Source: Chrysomallon squamiferum
Taxonomy: Eukaryota > Animalia > Mollusca
Direction: 5' to 3'
DNA: 64,000 nucleotides
Assembly (NCBI GenBank): GCA_012295275.1
Contig: CM022666.1
Location: forward strand, 14,942,001-15,006,000
In this document: in pieces, positions 55,193 to 64,000 of the stretch
Numbering within the stretch: the first letter of the stretch is position 1
Layout of the letters: each line of letters starts with the position of its first letter
Notes under the pieces: generated by a model
The model's input: the letters and a program-made list of their open reading frames with translations, nothing else
What the model was told of the DNA's origin: nothing
The model's database searches: none
Translations under genes and position numbers: made by a program

Positions 55193-57869
55193 ACAAAAAG
55201 AAAGAAAGAAAAGAATGAGAGTAACAAAAGGGGAAGATATTTATAGAAAATTTAAACAATTTACTCATTTAAATAGAACACAATTCATCTAAATGAAATG
55301 CTTTACTCACTTGAAACATTTTACTCACCTAAATGAAACAGTTAACCCACTTGAACAAAAGTTTATTCATTTGAATGGAACATTTTGCTGACTTGAATTA
55401 GTTTACAGTTAAATGAAACACTTCACTCACATATATGACAAACTTCACTCACATAAATAAAACACTTTACTCACTTTAATGAAACACTTAGCTCACCTGA
55501 ATGAAACATTTCACTCACCTGAATGAAACACTTCACTCCCCTAAATGAAACATTTCGCTCACCTGAATGAAACATTTCGCTCACCTGAATGAAACACTTC
55601 ACTCACATAAATGACAAACTTCACTCACATAAATGAAACACTTTACTCACTTAAATGAAACACTTCACTCACCTGAATGAAACACTTCACTCCCCTGAAT
55701 GAAACATTTCACTCACCTGAATGAAACACTCAGCTCACCTGAATGAAACATTTCGCTCACCTAAATGAAAAATGTTTCACTCACATAAATGAAACACTTC
55801 ACACATCTGAATGAAGCTGTTTAAGGACTAGTATGATGAAGCATTTATTTACTCACTTGAACCCATTGAATGAGCCGGTGTAGACTCTGAGAAGAAAGTC
55901 TCCCTCTTTGCCTGGCTCAAACGTGCACGGCACAACGACGTAGCGACCTTTCTTCAATGCGTGACGCAGAAACATGGACCGGCTGTCGCGAAACGTCGAC
56001 GACACGACCTTCTCCTGCAGGTTGAGGTCGTGAACTCTGTAGCGTCTGTTCAGCTCAACCTGAATAGATGGGGGAAACAAACAAAGCACTGCAGTGAATG
56101 CGCATGTGACTGAAATATTAATGGTTTTTAGGTGTCTGTCGAAAGTTTCTTGCATAATGATAATAAGAAAGGAAACCAGCTACAGGCATTCCACTGACTA
56201 CTAATACTGATTAGCAGTAAGTAATATTCTGCCTGCACCTCCCCACTGACTGGATAACAAATTCAACCCAATGGGCATTGACTTTCAGATCAAAGACAAG
56301 ATTAAAATAGTTAATTGCTTGAATAAATGAAATAAAACAAAAACTGAAATAAAAAAATGTGAAAAAAAAAATGTTATCTTAAATCAGTGGTCATGATTAA
56401 AGTACTTGACTTTTTTATTTTAATTTTTTTTTTTTTTTTTTTTTTTTTCAACCAATTTTATACAAATACAAATCTATATTTTTGTGGCATAATAAATTAT
56501 GTGAAAATAATATCTGATCTCAAATCCTATATATTTTGGATACAAACTTACTTTGAGCACTGTAAATCCAATTGTCTGGTTGGTACTCCCTGACTGTACC
56601 CTGGTACTCTTCTGACTTAGTTGTATCATGACATCATCCTCATCACCGGTCACATCAAATGCATACTACAACAACAACAGCAGCTTTTTTTTTTCTTTCC
56701 TCTTCGTAAAAATTCATTAGATACATACATACATACATACATACATACATACATACATACATACATACATACATACACAGATAATCAATCATTAAATAAT
56801 TTAACTGTTTGTTGTTGTTGTTTTGTTTTTTTGTTTTTTAACTGAAATATATATAAAAAAAAAAAAAAAAAAAATCAAAAAACCTAAAAACAACACTCAA
56901 AAACAACAATTAATTAATTTAATGATTATCAGCTTTCAAACAGTTGCAAGAAAAATATTTTTAAAGAAAATTAAAATGTAAGATATATATTAAATAAAAT
57001 CATTGAAAAAAAAAACAAAAACCTGTTACAAAATGTATAAATCAATATTTTAAATATACTATTACAAAAACTGTCAAAATTAAAAAAAAATAATAATAAC
57101 AATAATAAAAAATAATAATTTAAAAAATACCATTTGTAAAAAATTAACAAATATTCCATTTATAAAAAATATATAAATAAACAAATTGATGTTCCAGTGA
57201 TTTTTGAAGAACTAAACATTAATATAAAAAACAATAATTAAAAAATTAAAAAAAGAATACATTTTTGAACCTAAGAAAATAAATTAAATTGGTAATTTCA
57301 AACAAGAACAGCTGTTCCATAAACATATTAAATATTTCATAAAATCAAAGCATAATAAATAACAGCTTTTAACAACAACAAAAAAAACTCCCAAAACCCA
57401 ACATTTTTAAATATTTCTTTTAAAACATCTCAATGTGTAAAGTATTGATGTTCAATGTCATTTTGGAACAATGACTGCTCCATTTATTATCAGTAGAAAA
57501 TGACTGGTCCCTTGATAAAACGCAGGTAAGTTGTGTATGCACATTTGAATTAAAAAACAGAGATAAGAATTAAAAAACAGAGACATGAATCCTTACTACT
57601 CATTTCAAGTCTACTTTTAATGATCAGTAGCAAAGTGCATTTTATCTGCACCTTCCCATTATGTTGGAAAATTACGGCCATCCAGCATTATTGTCTGTGG
57701 ACTTCTGTTACCGATTAGCTAAAAAGTGTATTTTATATGACCTTCTCATAGACAGAAAATAACACATGTACCAAAACGATGATTAAAAAAACAAAACACC
57801 ATTATATAGTATCATTATTATTGTCATTATTTTATCATTTATGTAATGTTATTTGAGAAAACATATTTT

Positions 57870-57902
<33 letters not shown>

Positions 57903-60900
57903 TTATTTATATTTTATTTTGATCTAATGGTATGTGTCAGAACATATTTTTTTATTATTGTTATTATTATTATTTTTTTTATCTAATGATATGTGAGAGA
58001 ACATATTATTATTATTATTATTATATTTCGTTTTTAATATAGATACATGAGATAACATAATAGTATTATTATTATTATTATTATGAATTTATTAATTTGT
58101 TTATTTATGTAATGTTATGTCAGAGAACATATTTTATTATTATTATATTTATTTATTTATTTATTGATTTATTGATTTTTAACACTGACTGATATTTCAA
58201 TACTGTTCTTTTGTTATTGTTTTATTAATTTAAAATTTTCTTTAAAACAATATTAATTCAGGAAAGTAACAACTCTGGAAAAAAGCAAGAAAAAGAAAAA
58301 AAAACGTAACAAATTTAGCACAATTAACTTTTCGCTATGCTGATGATACCCAGATGTTGTTAAAATACCTGTGGGTTTTTCAGAAACGAGTCGCGGTTGT
58401 TGATGCACCCCCCAGCCAGGTCAGGTGACTTCCACTGCCCGTGGGCTGCCCCCTCGTGCCAGGTTTTCTTCAGACTGAGGAACGAGGTGTTCACTGTTCG
58501 ACAGATTGCAACCTGGACAAAGTTCTTACAGAAATCCTCAAATGTCATCCTGAAATTAAAATATTGAATCCTGTCAGTATGTCATACTCAAATGAAAACA
58601 GAAATCCTGTCACTATGTCATACTTAAATGAAAACAGAAATCCTGTCACTATGTCATACTCAAAGGAAAACAGAAATCCTGACACTATGTCATACTTAAA
58701 TGAAAACAGAAATCCTATCACTATGTCATACTCAAAGGAAAATATTATATCCTGTCAATATGTTATGAATATAAATTCTGTCAGTGTTATCCTTTAACAT
58801 TATAATCCATTAAAAATATCAAACATTTAACATATCTTCCTGTGACATTATTTTATCATTCTTTACTAAATATTTAATTCCATATAATTTAAATTAAGAT
58901 AAATAAATAACTGTCAAAATGTACTAAGTAAAATAAAATATTAAAGTGTACCAGAATTCACCATCATCTTCAAACGTCAGACCAATTTTTTCTCTGTCAT
59001 CTTTGCTAATCTTCTCCCACTCTGGCGATCTAGCAAGCAGAAACAAATCAGAGTTTTAACTACACACACTTTAACAGTCTCGTAGAGCTTTACACAGCCA
59101 ACATGTCTTTTGAGTAGCTGACATTGTAAAATCAGTTAAAACCAGTCAAAAGAACTTTGTGTTATAAATAGAGTGTGCAAAAATATATCAAAGAAGGAAA
59201 AACAAAAATATTAGGTTCATTTGCCTTAGGTTCATATGATCCTTTAAGTTGTTTGTAAAACTTTACACATAAATGAGTGTGCTATTTCACAAAATTGCTT
59301 GACACTTATTTTTATCCAGTGAAATGTAATGAAAAACAGCACAGAATATTAATTTTTAATTTTTATTTTTTTCCATAAATTTATATAATCTGTATAATCA
59401 AGACAGACATATTTCTGTTTAAAGGAATGAATGTTAAATAATGTTCTCAACCTGTTTTTTTAACCTGTTGTTATATCCTATCACAGTTCTCAACCTGTTT
59501 TTTTAAACCTATTTTATATCCTATCACAGTTCTCAACCTGTTTTTTTAACCTATTGTTATATCCTATCACAGTTCTCAACCTATTTTAACCTACTGTTAT
59601 ATCCTATCACAGTTCTCAACCTATTTTAACCTACTGTTATATCCTATCACAGTTCTCAACCTATTTTAACCTACTGTTATATCCTATCACAGTTCTCAAC
59701 CTATTTTAACCTACTTTTATATCCTATCACAGTTCTCAACCTGTTTTTTAACCTACTGTTATATCCTATCACAGTTCTCAACCTGTTTTTTAACCTACTG
59801 TTATATCCTATCACAGTTCTCAACCTATTTTAACCTACTGTTATATTCTATCACAGTTCTCAACCTGTTTTTTAACCTACTGTTATATCCTATCACAGTT
59901 CTCAACCTATTTTAACCTACTGTTATATCCTATCACAGTTCTCAACCTATTTTAACCTACTGTTATATCCTATCACAACTATATCTAATAGAAATATGAG
60001 ACAGGATCCACTGCTGCAACATAATGGACTAGCATTGTTCTGTTGTTTAGCTGTGTGTTTTGTTTTTCATTAATACAAGGGATCTTTTATTTTTACCTTC
60101 ATACAGACAGGACAGCTCAAACAATAGCTTTATTAAGCATGAGTTGGAACTGGAAATAAGACTGTACAAGAACCAAAGAGGATTAATCTCCTGAAGAATT
60201 AGATGTTGCCCTAATTCTATAATACTGAGCTACAGGCATTTATTTATTCTGACAGGCAACAAGAGATAGACAGACAGACAGACAAACAGAATTCTGCTTA
60301 CCCATCACTGAATGCTCCCTTCCACTCACACTGGCCCCAGGGATTTCTCAGTCTGATCATCGGAATCTTGTCACGGTTAAACAAGCCAAACAGCCCGGAA
60401 CCTTCGAGGTGAATGTTCTTCACTTCAGTGATTCCATAGGCGTGTCCTTTCACCAGCCCCACATCAGTGGATGCTTCCATATCTGCCTGGGATGTTGCCT
60501 GGAATTGCAGAAGACCCCCAAACAAATGTTTGTTTAATAACTTGGTAAGTCAATGAAATGTCAAAAAATATTTATCTGACAATGAGATTTTGTTGCTGCA
60601 CAGATTTTGACATTACTTTGAAGATTTCTGGAGACTGAATCTGTTGTTGTGGTCACATACAGTAACATGTTCTCTTTTAACTTCCAAATCATGGTGCACT
60701 ATGCAACAACAGAGCAGTTTAGAGTATAACATTACTAATTATTAAAAATTTTTTTTTTTTTTTAAAAAAAAGTGAATTAAAAAAAAAGAAAAAAGAAAAT
60801 AATAAGAAAGTAAAGGGTAATTTATTTTTTTTTTAATTTTTTTTAGTAACAAACAAAAGTAAAACTAAAAATAAAATAAAACGTATTTCTAAAACTTACA

Positions 60901-62956
60901 GGAATTGATGCTGCCATCAACGACTTCCTGTCCATGTCTTTGTGAAGTCGAGAGAACAACGTTGTCCGCTCTTCCAGTTTGGTGGCCACCTCAGCCTTGA
61001 CCAGGTCAACCGTGTCTGAAACTCCACCAGTGAAATCCTCCAGTGCCTCACTCAGTTCCCCCCCATCCAGACTTTCATAATTGCCAAACAACCTGGTAAT
61101 TCACAACATTTTCATAATTACCAAACAACCTGGTAAATCACAACATTTTCACAGTTACCAGCCTGGCAATTTCATATTTACCAACATGGTATTTTAATAA
61201 TAATTTCACAACTACCAAACTATCTGGTAAGTAACAATATTTTCTTAGTTGCCAGCATAAATAACAGTGTCATAATTATCAAACAAGCCGATAATTTTAT
61301 TAACATTTCCATAGTTATCAAATAGTTTTATAAAGCATCTTTATAAAAAAAAAAACATATACTAAGTGATGCATTTAAAAACAAAGTTTACAGTGTCCTG
61401 TTTACTTAAATGGATAAACAAATAATTATCTATGATAACAGTTTTAAAACCCCCACAAAACCCACTTAGCGTGAGCTTTGTCTATCAAGACACTCCAGTA
61501 TAATTTTAATACATATTACATTTAAAAAAAAAAAAAATTTATACAAATAATTATCTATCAAAACAATTTAAAAACAAAAAACAAAAAAACAAACACACTT
61601 GGCATAAGCTTTCTCCAACAAGGCACTCCAGAATTCATTGCGACTCTGCGAGTGAATGAAAATGAGTTCGTCGTTAATGGTTGGCAGGAAGTCGTCAATG
61701 ACAACCTCAACCCACTCTCCGTAGCGCCAGAAATTGAAGCGAAAAATGCCCTGATAGTTCTCTGGCTTCTCTGCATCCCATTCCTGTCCTTTTGCATCAG
61801 GAATCACCTGACAGTGGAGAGAGGAAGATAGATTTTAAAAATGCACCAAAAAAAGTTTGTTATTGTTATATATGAAGAAAGGAAAGAAGTGTGGAAGGAA
61901 GAAAGAATAAAAGAAAGGATAGATGGAAGGATAGATAGAAGGATAAATGAATGGAATAAAGGACCACACACACACACACACACCTACACACATACATACA
62001 CATATTCAAACAGTGGGTCCCTGTTCACAAACAATTGGGATAACAACCAGTTTGAATAACAATGGTTCTTCTGAAGAAAATTTAAATTTGTTTGACGAAC
62101 AGGAATTTGAAAAACAAACAGCTGCTTCAAAGTTGCAAAAACAAAAAGAAGAATCAATGAATGAATAACTATTCTATTTCAGCTTTTATTCTGTCTCAAA
62201 CTTAACATACAGTATAAATCAATATTTTTGAAATTTAGATAACTTTAGTGAACAATATTATAATTTCTTCTTGCTATACATGCACATAAGGAGGACAACA
62301 ATAGCAGTTGATATTGATTTTTTTGATTCTTTCTTTCTGGACATGCACAATAGTAGTTTCTAGCATTCTCAACATGTCCAAGTCTCCAGTCATACAAGTA
62401 TCATGTTTTGTGTCCGAATTTGTTACCTTACTCAGTTACTGTGTCCTTTTTCTTGTTTTATATCTGAAGTAAGATTCTACATAACCATGTATAGCATAGG
62501 AATGCTAACAAGTCAATTACCACCAAAATTAACCTTGAAATCATATTGAAACTCAAAAAAAAAAAGGAATAAGTATAAACAAGCTTAGTTCTGAGTATAG
62601 AATGGTAAAATGTACAATTTCCTCCATATTCAAGATTTTTTACATACTTTTATATGCAATTTCAGAGGGGTTGGGATAAATTGCTTTCTGTTTGTATGTA
62701 TTATTACAAACAATTCTGATGATCATAATGAACATGCTTCTTTTACACATCATGTTCATATGTACTAGCCACATACACACACACACACACACATACACAC
62801 ATTTGTTTCAGTTGTTTTTGTTACCTTGTGCCAAATTTCGCTGTACTGAGCAAGACAAGAAGAGGCTGCCACGAACCAACAGTTGCCTAGGCGACCCTGT
62901 GTGACATCACCAGAACTGGCTCCTTCCACAAACAACTTGGGGTTGTCACAGATTTG
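52560..62956 (-). CDS. CAPN5: Calpain-5/TRA-3-like cysteine protease (CysPc, CBSW, C2); 5' end lies beyond the window
   Basis: Exons 62956-62825 ([12 protein letters not shown], catalytic Cys), 61807-61599, 61092-60900, 60498-60302 (GHAY His; RLRNPWG Asn), 59029-58952, 58549-58369, 56665-56552, 56059-55857, 54682-54564, 53580-53441 ([13 protein letters not shown]2) and 52742-52560 (stop TAG). All are phase-compatible. A C-terminal C2 rather than a penta-EF domain indicates the calpain-5 type. Confidence 0.93.
53610..54230. repeat. (TG)n-rich compound microsatellite
   Basis: Long interrupted TG tract that generates spurious Cys/Val ORFs. Confidence 0.95.
55258..55815. repeat. 22-bp minisatellite, ~25 copies, just inside a calpain intron
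   Basis: Unit cacctgaatgaaacatttcact. Confidence 0.9.
58565..58760. repeat. 36-bp minisatellite, ~5 copies, next to a calpain acceptor
   Basis: Unit aatcctgtcactatgtcatacttaaatgaaaacaga. Confidence 0.9.
59443..59980. repeat. ~40-bp minisatellite, ~13 copies, calpain intron
   Basis: Unit ctattttaacctactgttatatcctatcacagttctcaac. Confidence 0.95.
60075..60160 (+). mobile_element. Degenerate dispersed repeat (SINE-like); related fragments near 56165-56280, 57590-57690 and 63830-63940
   Basis: Shared decayed core resembling (tagcag)caagggatcttttat..cacc.tccca(c)agacagga at four intronic sites. Confidence 0.4.
61073..61260. repeat. 37-bp degenerate tandem repeat spanning a calpain acceptor
   Basis: ttcataatt(g/a)ccaaacaacctggtaa..cacaacatt; the ccaaacaacctgg core recurs at 61084 and 61121, then decays. 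Confidence 0.8.
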
Positions 62957-64000
62957 CTGAAATTATAAATAACATTTAATGAAATTTGTTTGTTGGTTTT
63001 TGCTTTGTTTTTGTTTTTTCTGTTTGTTGTTGTTGTTGTTATTGTTATGCTAGCTGTCTGTACATTTCTACCCCTAATAAATTTATTAAAGTAAAATAAT
63101 TCTCTAACGCTTTAAATCTGATAACCACAATGTTCCAGTTTTCATATTTAAACTGTATTCCTTGATTTCTTAAATAGAATGTTCTTTAGAACAATACACT
63201 GCACATATATGACAAAGAAATTTCCTTTGATCCATATGTGTTTGTGTGGGAGGGAGGGAATTTGGAGACCCTCACTAGTTTGGGGGAATGGCATTGTCAA
63301 CTGAAGTAAGCAATAAAGAGTTAAACTGATATATTTTATAAAATACTTAATACAGATTCAATAAGAACAATAAATAAATAAATAACATTTTCTAAACATT
63401 AATAAATTAGTTTATTGAGGAAAAACAAAAGGTTTGGAGACTACTAAAACAAAGATTAAATTATATAAATAATAATAATAAAAATAATAATATTAAGCAT
63501 CTATTTAAATCTATGTACTTTAAAATGTTATAGCTTTTACAAAAAAGTAATAGTTTACAGTATGTGCATTTACAAAATACCTAATAATTAATTTAACCTT
63601 TTTCAGACTAATTAAGAAAATTATTCGTAGTTATTCATTTCATCAACATAACTAATTTGTTGTGAGTGTGTAGTTTACACACACACACACAAAAAAAATA
63701 AAATTAAAAATAACACACAAAACACACACACATATATATATATAAATACACACATATACATATATGTTGCTTTTTTTTTTTAAAGAATACACATCTGTCT
63801 CTGGTTTATGTGATAAAAGATTAGACAGTTAATGAGAGTAACCCTCCTATCACTGTTACAGTGTGACAGGTTACTCTTTTTTTGCTTAAAGCAAGGTCTA
63901 TTTTTACATATATACCTTCCCAGAGAATGGAAAACAGTCTACAGTACACTAGTTCATGATCACTCATTTCAATGGCAAATACTCTGGAATTATAGATGTG

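Noticed and set aside
53611-55292. Cys/Val, Glu/Arg and poly-Asn/poly-Leu ORFs
   Set aside because: They are (TG)n, (GA)n and (TAA)n microsatellites inside calpain introns.

Overview
AT-rich, microsatellite-dense eukaryotic genomic DNA. It is invertebrate and most likely molluscan/gastropod, an inference from gene content and repeat style. All genes are on the minus strand and were rebuilt by hand from GT-AG junctions and phase checks. (1) Two tandem TRIM paralogues: A is RING-BB1-BB2-CC with an in-frame TAG; B is RING-BB1-BB2-CC-filamin with an intact first exon. Each is followed by a closely related but differently frameshifted PRY/SPRY-like terminal exon. (2) A 5-exon MBLAC1-like gene whose HxHxDH motif reads HGHLDR. 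(3) An intact 7-exon, 457-aa IL-1R-like receptor (signal peptide, 2 Ig, TM, TIR) that the ORF track only shows in fragments. (4) Eleven exons of a calpain-5/TRA-3-like gene running off the right edge. Relic DNA transposons (hAT-Charlie, Tc1/mariner DUF4817-type, MULE/FLYWCH, a TTAA-flanked TIR element) and an L1/Tx1 fragment are present. Several minisatellites sit on or next to splice junctions and multiply AG|GT splice-like motifs. Most ORFs in the track are simple-repeat artefacts.
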